A DNA stretch of 48,935 nucleotides from Nitrosarchaeum sp. (GTDB lineage: Archaea; Thermoproteota; Nitrososphaeria; Nitrososphaerales; Nitrosopumilaceae). The notes beneath the pieces were generated by a model. That model searched no databases. It was given only the letters and a program-made list of their open reading frames with translations, and was not told the origin of the DNA. Of the stretch, positions 10,890 through 20,152 are shown piece after piece (the stretch's first letter is position 1; each line of letters begins with the position of its first letter). Made by a program: the position numbers and the translations under genes. The stretch covers positions 1 through 48,935 of the forward strand of contig JAERMO010000002.1 in the NCBI GenBank assembly GCA_016844465.1, written 5' to 3'.

Positions 10890-11039
10890 AAATTAATGAA
10901 TTTTGTGTTGTTACATATTGTTGACTCACTATATTGTAAATCTAAAATGATGATTGTGAAGACACTTTTTCTTTTTAGAAAAAATGAGAGTGATTTTGGA
11001 ATTTAGTCAATTTATATGCTCATAACTGTAATGTCTACC

Positions 11040-11351
11040 ATGGGTAAACGCCAAGTTAAAAATGAAAGTGACTTAAAAGAAATGCGTTTGCCAGAAGAGG
11101 GTGAACTTTTTGGTAGAGTTCTTAAAATGCTTGGTGGGGAAAATGTGATGATAAAATGTACTGATGGTCTTACTAGGAGAGGTAGAATCAGATGAAAATT
11201 AAAGCGTAGAGTCTTGATTCGTGATAATGATATAGTCATAATTGCTCCATGGGATTTTAAAGAGAATGAACGAGGTGATATTGTTTGGAGGTTTACTTTA
11301 CCTCAAGTTGATTGGCTTAAAAACAATAACCACATCGCAAAAGACTTCTAA
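11040..11351 (+). pseudogene. eif1a: Translation initiation factor eIF-1A with in-frame TGA at codon 52
   Basis: MGKRQVKNESDLKEMRLPEEGELFGRVLKMLGGENVMIKCTDGLTRRGRIR*KLKRRVLIRDNDIVIIAPWDFKENERGDIVWRFTLPQVDWLK; TGA at 11193-11195. Confidence 0.92.
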
Positions 11352-11460
11352 ATCCCCCTGATTGGTCTGGTAAATGTATTTAGCTTATGAATAATTATGC
11401 TGTATTTGATATATTTTGATAACTTATCTTAATATACGGAATAATTATTCCACATATCAA

Positions 11461-11652
11461 ATGGAACAAGGCACAGTAAAGTGGTTCAATCGCACTAAGG
11501 GCTTTGGTTTTATCGAAAGAGAATCCGGTGACGATCTATTCGTTCACAAATCAGATGTTGATGGATTCATCAATGAAGGCGATAAAGTCGAGTTTGAAGT
11601 AGGCGAGGGTCAAAAAGGACCAGCTGCTCAGAAAGTCAAAAAAACAGCATAG
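11461..11652 (+). CDS. csp: Cold-shock domain protein
   Basis: [15 protein letters not shown] (RNP1), LFVH (RNP2), GQKGPAA. Confidence 0.95.
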   Translation: MEQGTVKWFNRTKGFGFIERESGDDLFVHKSDVDGFINEGDKVEFEVGEGQKGPAAQKVKKTA

Positions 11653-11654
11653 GC

Positions 11655-11735
11655 AATAGATATTTTTATTAATTTAAGAGTTCATCATTGTTTTCTTAAA
11701 TTAGTCTATTTTTTATTATTTTTACATTTTTAATT
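11655..11735 (+). terminator. Hairpin plus T-rich tract downstream of csp
   Basis: TAATTTAAGA (11670-11679)/TCTTAAATTA (11694-11703) with outer AATAGA/TCTATT, followed by T runs. Confidence 0.5.
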
Positions 11736-11747
11736 TATAAAAAACTG

Positions 11748-11874
11748 TGGTCCCAAGCGAAGGAGTTGAACCTTCGACAGCCCGGTTTCTGTATGCCTGA
11801 TATGCTGTTATTCGGTCAGCCATCATAAGCCGACAACTACAGCCGGAAGCTCTACCAGGCTGAGCTAGCTTGGG
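11748..11874 (-). tRNA. tRNA-Tyr(GTA) with 50-nt intron (11787-11836) at 37/38 and encoded CCA
   Basis: CCCAAGC/GCTTGGG acceptor with C1-G72 and A73, D arm GCTCAGCCTGGTAGAGC, anticodon GTA, T loop TTCAACT; exon CUGUA pairs with intron UACAG (BHB). Confidence 0.95.
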
Positions 11875-11986
11875 ACAAAAAAAAGAAGTATCCTTGTATT
11901 AAAAAACTATCGAAGATGACCTAATTTGATTAATAATTAAACCTCTACTCAATATGCATAAATACTCTATTTCAAGGAATTTGATT

Positions 11987-12598
11987 ATGGCTACACAGAC
12001 GTTATCTTACTCTGGTTATGTTTGTGCTCCTTATTTACATAATCATACATCTATTGAATTAAAAGATGCTTGGATAATCTCAAAAAATATTGAATCATTG
12101 TATTTTGTGACTGGAACATTTTCCAATGAAAGCGGTGCATATTTTTCTAATTCAACTAATCATTATATTTTAGGAAAATTCAAAGATAGTCAATACATCA
12201 TAAATGATCTAAACAAATACAACCAAGAAAAAACATCCTTTGTTTTTAGTATTAAAGACGAATTTTTTCAAAAGGAAGTTATGGGAGAAACAAATTTTGT
12301 TACGGTTTATTATTTAGAATATGGGCAATCTGAGGAGGATTTGCAAGAAATTGCAAATCTCTTATTAAAACGGGCTAAAATTGAGACTGCCGGCGTAGGT
12401 TACATGAATATGGTTTGTACGTCCCCTTCAAAATTTACTTTTCCATACTCTGAAAATATTGTGATAATTGAGGTTGCAAGCGAAAAGAGCCATCAGAGTG
12501 TAAAAAAATATTGTGAAGAAACCAAACGTGATGTGAATAGAAAAGGATTGACAATGACCAATTTGCTTAGTCTTTCAATTCTGGACAAACTAAAATAG
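11987..12598 (+). CDS. Hypothetical protein
   Basis: 203-aa ORF from ATG 11987 with TATA-like ATAAATA about 25 nt upstream. Confidence 0.75.
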   Translation: MATQTLSYSGYVCAPYLHNHTSIELKDAWIISKNIESLYFVTGTFSNESGAYFSNSTNHYILGKFKDSQYIINDLNKYNQEKTSFVFSIKDEFFQKEVMGETNFVTVYYLEYGQSEEDLQEIANLLLKRAKIETAGVGYMNMVCTSPSKFTFPYSENIVIIEVASEKSHQSVKKYCEETKRDVNRKGLTMTNLLSLSILDKLK

Positions 12599-12801
12599 AA
12601 AAGTTAAATTCTTCCGTCGGGTTTTGGGTAATAAATTTACTCATAACTGATATTTCATGCCTAAATTATCAAGTATTTACTCTCATTTTTGAAAAAAGGT
12701 TGTTTTACTTGTTTGGCATTCTACGCGTTTAGTGGTTTTAGATACAAAAGAGTTTAGAATCTAATTTTCAATTCCACAATACGTTTATTTTTAATCAAAA
12801 A

Positions 12802-13218
12802 ATGGCTTTCTTATTGGTTAATGAGAAAATTCAAAAACTTGCAAGTCAAATTTTTAAGGTAGATCCTTTAATTCAACATTTGGGCCTGATTGATCTAGAA
12901 GGTCAGATATTAACAGATCAATCATCAGCGTCTTCTGTTCCAATTGAACCAGATGACGATAGAATAATGTTTTATTATCAAGTTGGTTTGCGTAGAGGGA
13001 GACGTGAGCACTTTAATGATGTTTACGGTGCAACAGAATACATCCATATCATTAGAAAAAAGATACAACAAATCGTGCTCTACCTGCCAATGATTACGAT
13101 ATATCTAACAGTGGATAAGCGAATGACTCCAGATGAAGTTGGACAGCTTGCCGAAAAAATAAAAAATCTAGATTCAAAATTATTAAGTGATGCAATTCAA
13201 AGTACTTTTTATTCATAA
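12802..13218 (+). CDS. Roadblock/profilin-like fold protein (thaumarchaeal expanded family)
   Basis: IQHLGLIDLEGQI...YIHIIRKKIQQIVLYL pattern shared with 26354-26710. Confidence 0.65.
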   Translation: MAFLLVNEKIQKLASQIFKVDPLIQHLGLIDLEGQILTDQSSASSVPIEPDDDRIMFYYQVGLRRGRREHFNDVYGATEYIHIIRKKIQQIVLYLPMITIYLTVDKRMTPDEVGQLAEKIKNLDSKLLSDAIQSTFYS

Positions 13219-13400
13219 ACTTGTGAACCATATTGTTGATTCAGGTTAAGGATTAAATCCAAAAAATAGAGTCATTTACCTAATTGTAATTTATAAAGTA
13301 GAATTATCACAAAATCAAAAAGAGTTTAGAATTTAATTACATTTGAGATAAAGTGTTAATTTGATGAAAAAAATAATAAGTTCAAGTACTAAGATATAGT

Positions 13401-13790
13401 CTGTCTAAACCAAAAATTATCCTAGATGTTCCATTGAAGGATTTGAAAGATATTTTGTTAGATAAGGGTTGGGATGTCAGTACAGTTACCGAAAAACTTG
13501 GATCTACAAAGGAAGCAAGATCTGATGAAAATATTCTCAGATATTCTCAGGAAACAAATTCATTGGTGGTTACGGTAGACAAACCATTTGTTTCAAGGCT
13601 AAAATCAGCAGGTGTAAAAGTAGTTGCTTTAGCGTTAGAAGACAAAGCTAGGATAATTAATGAAAAGCTGGCAAGGTGTATCCTAGTAGATATGGATATC
13701 AAAAACTCAACGGATGATGAAGTTCTTGATGATTTTAGCAAAATTAAGAGTGGTGAAGCTTCAAGAATGGCTCAAAAGAATTCTGGCTAA
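13401..13790 (+). CDS. PIN-like (DUF5615/Mut7-C type) domain protein; possible CTG start
   Basis: In-frame upstream extension SKPKIILDVPL, then GWDVSTV, SDENILRYS, LVVTVDKPF. Confidence 0.65.
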   Translation: MSKPKIILDVPLKDLKDILLDKGWDVSTVTEKLGSTKEARSDENILRYSQETNSLVVTVDKPFVSRLKSAGVKVVALALEDKARIINEKLARCILVDMDIKNSTDDEVLDDFSKIKSGEASRMAQKNSG

Positions 13791-14245
13791 TATTCACGTG
13801 AAATATAAATGAAGACAGATAGAGTTTGTAATTTAACCGTGTGTTTTAACTGAATGACAATTATAGCATAACCGTTCAATAACAACATATCATTTACACA
13901 TACCACAATTACAAACTAAAAAGAGTTTAGGAAATCAAAAAGAGATTAGAATTTAATCATCATTAATTATTGTATCCAGTCCCAAGTTGTCAGTAATGGT
14001 GCATCCGATTGGCAATGAGAGATTCACATGAACTTGAAAAAAGAAGGATGATCTTCGCGTGTTCAAAAATCCCATACTCGAAAATATGTCCTGAATTGTA
14101 ATGGATGTAATGACTATCGCGTATTCTCAGGAGTTAGATAGTTGAAAAATGAGATGGTCATAGGAATTTCTTAAAGATGCCGGTTTTACATCTTATTTTT
14201 CATAATAAATCCACCAAGGAAATCAAAAGGAGGTTAGAATCTAAT

Positions 14246-14422
14246 TTACAGATCTTTTTTTTGTTCATCGTCCGTGCTGTCAATTTCAATGTTTAATTTT
14301 GTTTGTTGTTTCTTTTTTTGTGATTCTTCTTGTTGTTTTCCATATGTACCAGAAAGTAATTCATCACTTAATCTATCTAGATGCATTGCAATATACCACG
14401 AATTTGGATTAACCAGAGTAGT
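14246..14422 (-). pseudogene. Short open frame or gene 3' remnant ending at a repeat copy
   Basis: TTLVNPNSWYIAMHLDRLSDELLSGTYGKQQEESQKKKQQTKLNIEIDSTDDEQKKDL*; in frame with the upstream 14423-14944 ORF. Confidence 0.4.
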
Positions 14423-14944
14423 TTAGCTCCCAACCCATAATTTCTCAGTGCCTCTTTGCGTGGTAACCCAATGACCGGTTACTGTATCTTTTATTTTATG
14501 CATTGAAAATATGATGCTAGGTATTAACGGTCTACCTGGAGTTTGAATGGCTTCAATTCCCAACCCTTCCTTTGTCTTTTCAACTGCCATCATCACATTG
14601 ATAACATCGCCAGCATTGAAGTTCATCATGGTTTGATTAACTACGACATTTTTGCTCTGATTGTTACTAAGAACACTACGTACGTTGGAATTTACAATGT
14701 CTTGATTATTTTTTCGTAGCCAAAAGTCAACGTATCTAGATTCGTTGCCAATTGTTCGCCCTATTTGAGGGGCAGCTATTACCACATAGGTACCTGAATC
14801 GTGAATTACAATGTCACCAGGACTCTGTGCAGAATGTTCTATTCCAGATATCGCATCATTTTGATTCATTGTCACTTTTACAGGTTCTGTTGTATCAGGC
14901 CTTTGGTCTTGGGTACTAATTATCTGTGCAAATTCTACTGGCAT
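14423..14944 (-). CDS. Hypothetical beta-sandwich protein, C1q/BclA-C-terminal-like
   Basis: IVIHDSGTYVV, VDFWLRKNNQDIVNS, FNAGDVINVMM pattern. Confidence 0.6.
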   Translation of the reverse strand: MPVEFAQIISTQDQRPDTTEPVKVTMNQNDAISGIEHSAQSPGDIVIHDSGTYVVIAAPQIGRTIGNESRYVDFWLRKNNQDIVNSNVRSVLSNNQSKNVVVNQTMMNFNAGDVINVMMAVEKTKEGLGIEAIQTPGRPLIPSIIFSMHKIKDTVTGHWVTTQRGTEKLWVGS

Positions 14945-15166
14945 GATCCTAAATCATGCCTATTTGTATTAAAAGTAATAGCATTCATTTGTAATTATTT
15001 GTAGTTGCAAGAAAATATTCATTATTTTTAAATAGGATTATAATCTACTTATGTGAAATTTAAAAACAATGTACAAAATTATAAACTGGAATATCAAAGG
15101 TTTGTTTTTCAGGGATAAATTTTTTTTAAAAAATAAAACAAAAGTTTATTGGAGTTATGATATTCA

Positions 15167-15707
15167 TTGAATAATAAATTAGTTAAAAATAACAAATCAA
15201 TAAATCTTTCGACAAGGATAGATGGAAAAGCATACACAGAATTATTGGAGATTGCAGGCTTCAAGGGAATTAGTTTGAACTCTTTAATCAATAGCATCAT
15301 TAAGCATTATTTGATCTTTGAACAATTCTCGGAAGATTTGGGACTTGTATCATTAACAAAACCTACTCTTAAAAAAATATTTAATACAATGGATGATGAA
15401 ACTATTGGAAAAATTGCCAAAAATGTCGGGGGGGACTGTTCCACAGGAATTAATCTATCTTTCAAGGGAGACTTTTAACTTTAGTAATCTAATGAAGATG
15501 ATTGAAGTTAGTGATTCTCGTTTTGGAAAAATAAAATGCAAGCAAATTGATTCGACATTTAATATAAATATACTACATGGAGTCTCAGAAAATTTTTCAA
15601 AATTTCTAGGGGGGACACACAATGCTCTATGCAATAAACTTTCATTAAAACTTAATATTGAACATATGGATAATAACATGATTTGTATGAAATTTGAAAA
15701 ACCATAG
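15167..15707 (+). pseudogene. Ribbon-helix-helix-type protein frameshifted at a G7 tract (15428-15434)
   Basis: N-term SINLSTRIDGKAYTELLEIAGFKGISLNSLINSII; deleting one G joins ORFs 15167-15478 and 15393-15707 (NVGGTVPQEL). Confidence 0.8.
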
Positions 15708-15786
15708 CAATAAAATTTTCAGAGTTACTGAGGAATATATTTTAGTATAAATCGCAGTATTTGAGTGTCATTAAATTAGCACTAGA

Positions 15787-15856
15787 ATTTATCATAATTC
15801 TGTTTTAAATTTGTTAAATTATTAGATGTGTCATATTCAATGAAAAATATTTTTAT
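15787..15856 (+). repeat. 70-bp perfect direct repeat, copy 1
   Basis: ATTTATCATAATTCTG...GAAAAATATTTTTAT identical to 16606-16675. Confidence 0.95.
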
Positions 15857-15926
15857 GATTTACTACATGATCAATTCATTATGCTACATTCAGAATCAAA
15901 AATTATTTCAATAAATGTAAAATCCT

Positions 15927-16285
15927 TTATGGGGCTGAGTTTACAAAATCCACAATAGACATTATTTTACCCATATCTACCAAATGACCATAGCTCTTCC
16001 CCTTACTAGCTTTCAGTGGTGTATTATCCACACTTTTTCATAAGCTGCTATTACATACATACCTCGTCCAACCTTATCTGTGATAGTAGATCGTTCATGC
16101 CACGCATTTACTGCTCTCTTTAGCGTTTTCTTGGTATCATCTAAAAGAACAATATTTTTTACTCCTTTTCTTTGACTGTTCCATAATATTTCACCATCTT
16201 TATCACAAACTGCTGCAAATCTAATAGAATCATCAAAATCCATTAACATGTTAAGAAGTTTTTCGTATTTTTCCGTAAATGACAT
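15927..16285 (-). pseudogene. Roadblock-like (DUF6659-like) protein, frameshifted
   Basis: SIRFAAVCDKDGEI...YVIAAYEK, then plausible continuation in other frames (SVDNTPLKASKGKSYGHLVDMGKI; MSIVDFVNSAP*). Confidence 0.65.
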
Positions 16286-16605
16286 TTGCAACAGAAATAT
16301 TAAAGAATTGCTATAATTATCAAATTACAAAATGCCATACTGAGATTTTGACATCTGGTAATATGCAAACCCTAAAATTTTTATATTATTCATACAAATC
16401 AAACAAACTGAAATTTCCACCTGAAAAATTCCAGATTTTTGTTACGTTACAGGAACTTTTAGCTGTTGATAAAAAACATTACAAGATTTCAGATTCTTTA
16501 CAATATCTGTTTTACAGTTCCATGTGTTGGTCTAACTTTAGATCATTGTATCTATTTCTTATTGTAACATCAGTCACACTTGCAGAGTTGCAAACCTGTG
16601 TGAGG

Positions 16606-16675
16606 ATTTATCATAATTCTGTTTTAAATTTGTTAAATTATTAGATGTGTCATATTCAATGAAAAATATTTTTAT
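16606..16675 (+). repeat. 70-bp perfect direct repeat, copy 2
   Basis: Identical to 15787-15856. Confidence 0.95.
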
Positions 16676-16878
16676 CTTTTAGAATACTTGGATTCAGGTT
16701 CAAATAATTCTTTATCTTGATTAATGATTAGTTTTTTATGATGACAAAGACATGCACATTTAAGCTCATTACAGAAATCATGCTGATTCATCACACATTT
16801 GAAGCCAAAATCACGTATTGGAGTCTGTATCCATGTAGAATCTTGAACAGTTAATTGAATGGAATCTTTATTTTCCAT
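16672..16878 (-). CDS. Small Cys/His-rich hypothetical protein
   Basis: CVMNQHDFCNELKCACLCHH metal-binding-like motif; TATA-like box about 25 nt upstream. Confidence 0.65.
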   Translation of the reverse strand: MENKDSIQLTVQDSTWIQTPIRDFGFKCVMNQHDFCNELKCACLCHHKKLIINQDKELFEPESKYSKR

Positions 16879-16989
16879 GATTTTCTAAATTTTGTTTAAA
16901 CTTAAGATCATGTGTTTTTTTTAAACAACACCCATATTCTAGGCTCAAGTTTTGCAGCATTGTTTGGGAAATCAAAAGGAGATTAGAAT
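16874..16989 (-). promoter_or_regulatory. ~115-bp upstream module homologous to 21155-21269
   Basis: Shared ATG context, TATA-like box, GTGTT...AACAC inverted repeat and terminal repeat copy. Confidence 0.65.
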
Positions 16990-18527
16990 TTCTTTTTAAT
17001 TTGATAAATTACAATTCCCGGAGCAATAAAATACATTCCAACATTGAGTAAGATCAGGAAAATTCCAAATCCTAATACATTACCTTCTGAATCCATATCA
17101 ACATAATTCAGAAGAGAAAGTGATGAAATCATTGGTATGATTGCAATCTTGACAGCCTCTTTGAATATTGGATTTTCACGTTCATAATCAGCTACTGCTG
17201 GACTGAAAGAATAGTAAAAATCATTAAATGTATTCATGAAGTTGCTTCCGTATTTTGTTTTGAGTAGTTTGTTGTCTCGAAATTCTCGTAACTGTTGAAC
17301 TTGCGGAGCCAGTTCAGAACCATAAGTTGCAGTGGCGATTAAACACCCACCTTCTTTCATATCTGAATCAGTTATATTGAGTGATTCTTTTGGAATTATT
17401 CTGTATATTGCCTTATCATTTAATGATACAACGTATAGAAAACCATCAGGACCTCTTTCGATATCTGTAATGCACCCAAATCCAGTACCGATTATGATCT
17501 CGTCCATGACTTCATTTTTGTTAATTACATCATCTTGAAGAAATGAATTGATAAATTGAAATCCATTTCGTTCTTCATTTAATTCAAATTTGTAAAGATT
17601 ACCATTATTACAATCACCTACAAAAAGAGAATTATCATAATCCCGAGTTTCCTTAAATTTTGCAAAATTTAATGCTGTTGGAGCAACTACTTTCTCCCAA
17701 CTAAATTCTGGATCATCATAAACATAATCCTCATAGCCTGGAAGATCCCCTAGTTGAGATTCTGTCGCAGGGCCCATTATCGCTATCCAACCACTGTTAA
17801 ATTTTTCTTGAACCATATTGATTTCATCAAAATCATCATCTCCATTTTCAGTATCCCATAAATTTCCAGTCACAGGGTCCACTGCAAGTCCAAAACTGTT
17901 TCGAATTCCCATGGCATAGTATGGGCCTTCTTGTTCTACTTGTAAAATTACACCGTTATCTCTCATGTTTAAATCAGAACTATTCAACCACTCAAGAGCC
18001 TTGTTTTGAAGAAGGCCATACCGTCCAGTATCTCCTATTACTACATACACTTTGTCATCCAATCCTGCCACCATAGCTCCACCATTATGATAAGTGTTTG
18101 AAGGAAGTTTCTTTAACAAAATAGGATTTATCAATTTGTTCCCATCCCAATCATACTTGAAAATTCGGTTTCCTAATGATTCACCACCGTCTATTTTTGC
18201 CTCTGTAAAATAAAGATAAACTATTGAATTGACACTAGTAATGCCCAACATGCCGGCCTCTCCACCTGAATTAACATTTACATCAAGAACAGGCTTTTCC
18301 CACAAAACGCCATCTCGAATTAAACGAACTATCCCATCATTTTTTTGTACAATTAAGATATCATCTCCAACAAAAGTCATTGTAGTTACCACACAACACA
18401 AATTTGCAACATATTTTTTGACAATTAGCTTTTGATCATATAAAATTGGATCACTAAAGGCATTGGGAATTATTGCAAGTGTGAAAATCAAGACCAGAGT
18501 AAAAACTAGAATTTTCTCCACTGGCAT
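16983..18527 (-). CDS. Secreted PQQ-dependent glucose/sorbosone dehydrogenase-family protein with CFI-box-CTERM anchor
   Basis: Signal peptide; HNGG, GDTG, YAMGIRNSFGLAVDP, ENG, DEIN, GPDGFLYV; GGCLIATATYGSELAPQVQQLRE plus C-terminal TM. Confidence 0.92.
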   Translation of the reverse strand: MPVEKILVFTLVLIFTLAIIPNAFSDPILYDQKLIVKKYVANLCCVVTTMTFVGDDILIVQKNDGIVRLIRDGVLWEKPVLDVNVNSGGEAGMLGITSVNSIVYLYFTEAKIDGGESLGNRIFKYDWDGNKLINPILLKKLPSNTYHNGGAMVAGLDDKVYVVIGDTGRYGLLQNKALEWLNSSDLNMRDNGVILQVEQEGPYYAMGIRNSFGLAVDPVTGNLWDTENGDDDFDEINMVQEKFNSGWIAIMGPATESQLGDLPGYEDYVYDDPEFSWEKVVAPTALNFAKFKETRDYDNSLFVGDCNNGNLYKFELNEERNGFQFINSFLQDDVINKNEVMDEIIIGTGFGCITDIERGPDGFLYVVSLNDKAIYRIIPKESLNITDSDMKEGGCLIATATYGSELAPQVQQLREFRDNKLLKTKYGSNFMNTFNDFYYSFSPAVADYERENPIFKEAVKIAIIPMISSLSLLNYVDMDSEGNVLGFGIFLILLNVGMYFIAPGIVIYQIKKKF

Positions 18528-18595
18528 TGTAAATTTTCTATAGACTTAAGGATTTACAAAGAGATTAGAATCAAAGAATTATGAAAAATATTCCT

Positions 18596-18775
18596 CTATT
18601 TCTCATACGTGGTTTTGCCAACTGACTCATAGCGCACATTTCTGGGTAGTTTCACAATTTCTTTTGCTCTCTCTTGTAATGCCTCAAGATACAATTCAGA
18701 GTGCTCTAAAACCTGCTCATATTGCTTAATTAACTGATATTCTTTTTTTAATTTGATTAATTTACGGATGACCAA
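18596..18775 (-). CDS. Hypothetical 59-aa protein (TTG start)
   Basis: MVIRKLIKLKKEYQLIKQYEQVLEHSELYLEALQERAKEIVKLPRNVRYESVGKTTYEK. Confidence 0.45.
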   Translation of the reverse strand: MVIRKLIKLKKEYQLIKQYEQVLEHSELYLEALQERAKEIVKLPRNVRYESVGKTTYEK

Positions 18776-18844
18776 GTACAGTAAAAAGAAACGATTGAAT
18801 TAGTAATACAAAAGTTTTAATCAATACTGAAATTCAATTGTGAT

Positions 18845-19009
18845 ATGGCTGATCTTAATACTTACGCAAAAATAAATGAAGAGATTAAATTCACAGAAGA
18901 AGAGACAGTAGAACTTTTGAAGTTAAGTGAAAAGGAAATACTGGTTCTGATCCTGTCTGAATTAAAAAAGATAACCGAGAATACACAGGAAGATAACAAA
19001 AAGAAATAG
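18845..19009 (+). CDS. Hypothetical 54-aa protein
   Basis: MADLNTYAKINEEIKFTEEETVELLKLSEKEILVLILSELKKITENTQEDNKKK; TTTTAA about 25 nt upstream. Confidence 0.6.
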   Translation: MADLNTYAKINEEIKFTEEETVELLKLSEKEILVLILSELKKITENTQEDNKKK

Positions 19010-19011
19010 AT

Positions 19012-19195
19012 TTAGTTTATTTTCCACCGGATTTAACCGACCCTCACCACCCGTGTGAATCTTTAGAACCTTTGTTGTAAATTTAATATCTAATATGACG
19101 CCATTTTCTATTGTAATTACAGCACCATTTTGAACATCAACGTTTCCTGGGGTAGTAATTGTGCTAGTAATTGTGCTAGTAATTGTGTAGTTTGA
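19012..19195 (-). pseudogene. C-terminal remnant of a surface/secreted beta-rich protein
   Basis: TITTPGNVDVQNGAVITIENGVILDIKFTTKVLKIHTGG...(fs)VKSGGK(fs)IN*; no start codon. Confidence 0.6.
19153..19187 (+). repeat. 12-bp tandem repeat (TAGTAATTGTGC), about 3 copies
   Basis: Directly visible; encodes (S)TIT repeats on the minus strand. Confidence 0.9.
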
Positions 19196-19197
19196 GG

Positions 19198-19506
19198 TTA
19201 TCGTCCTTTTCGACTAAATCCAGGTATGATTTTAAAGTTAGATGCAGAAGATGTTTGAAACTTTTTACCTGCTTTTTCCTTTTTTGATTCAGTGTTTGAA
19301 TCCTCTTCAATTTTGAAAACCTTTTCTACATGTGGTTTGACTTTTGTGTCATCCGTGTAAATGATGTTTGTTGGAGAAGTTTTTCTCTCTGCTTTTTTCT
19401 TTTTTGATTTTTCAGTATCTACTGGGTTTTTTTGTGTCCATTTGATGTTGCCTGTGCCTGACAAAGAAGATTGTTCAAGCATATAATCACCTAATGAATT
19501 TCCCAT
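19198..19506 (-). CDS. Hypothetical Lys-rich, likely disordered protein
   Basis: 102-aa ORF with ATG start. Confidence 0.6.
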   Translation of the reverse strand: MGNSLGDYMLEQSSLSGTGNIKWTQKNPVDTEKSKKKKAERKTSPTNIIYTDDTKVKPHVEKVFKIEEDSNTESKKEKAGKKFQTSSASNFKIIPGFSRKGR

Positions 19507-19613
19507 ACTCTTCCATTATGACTATGAACATAAGCCTATGGATCGGAATTAGAATCTAAGAATTTTTCTTAATTATTTCTTGGATAGAATTTGGGATTAG
19601 AAAATAAAAAAGA

Positions 19614-20043
19614 CTAGTTCTCTCTATTTTTTCGGATATAGTACACCCGACTCCTGCAAATCCTAGAATAGTTGGAACCATCCAAATTGCGCTAGAAGTT
19701 ATTCCTGATACAAATAATACTGTAGTGTTTAGTGGTACGAATTCTCCTGCTACTGTAGTTGGACAAAGATCTAACTTTGCTGTAGAAAGACAGTCAGCTG
19801 TAAAAATTTGTAACTCCTGAACACATATGCTATCAAATTGGACATTTTTACACCATGAGTCTACTAGATATACTCTCTAATGCCAGTGTTGCACAATCAT
19901 CTGGGCAGACGGGGTCAAATATTTCCCTATTTTGGATCAGAGGTGCAACCCCTATCGGCAGTAAATGCTGTAGAACTCATTCCTGCAAATAATACCAGTG
20001 AAAGGATTCCTGCTAAAATCTTTTGATTGTTGTTAAATTTCAA
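19614..20043 (-). pseudogene. Decayed secreted protein with C-terminal membrane anchor
   Basis: Signal peptide MKFNNNQKILAGILSLVLFAGMSSTAF, early stop, tail VAGEFVPLNTTVLFVSGITSSAIWMVPTILGFAGVG(fs)VYYIRKNREN*. Confidence 0.75.
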
Positions 20044-20152
20044 TAATTTTTCTTATCTTATGATAATATGATAATTATGAGGAATCTAGTCAAGAATGTC
20101 TTTACTAGTTTTAACACACGTGCATTTATCACAATTAGAAAAAACTATGAAT

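Noticed and set aside
11193-11195. Selenocysteine or genetic-code reassignment of TGA in eIF-1A
   Set aside because: The position is a conserved Gly, not Cys, and TGA is used as a normal stop by other genes in the window
11012-11239. 75-aa minus-strand ORF
   Set aside because: Antisense shadow of eIF-1A
13953-14165. Short frames in the unit between repeats at 13955 and 14218
   Set aside because: A 40-aa minus ORF ends at the repeat and a CNGC-containing + frame exists, but both are stop-interrupted or featureless; cannot be called
16279-16644. 121-aa + strand ORF
   Set aside because: No recognisable motif, overlaps the promoter of the opposite gene and the 70-bp repeat; likely spurious
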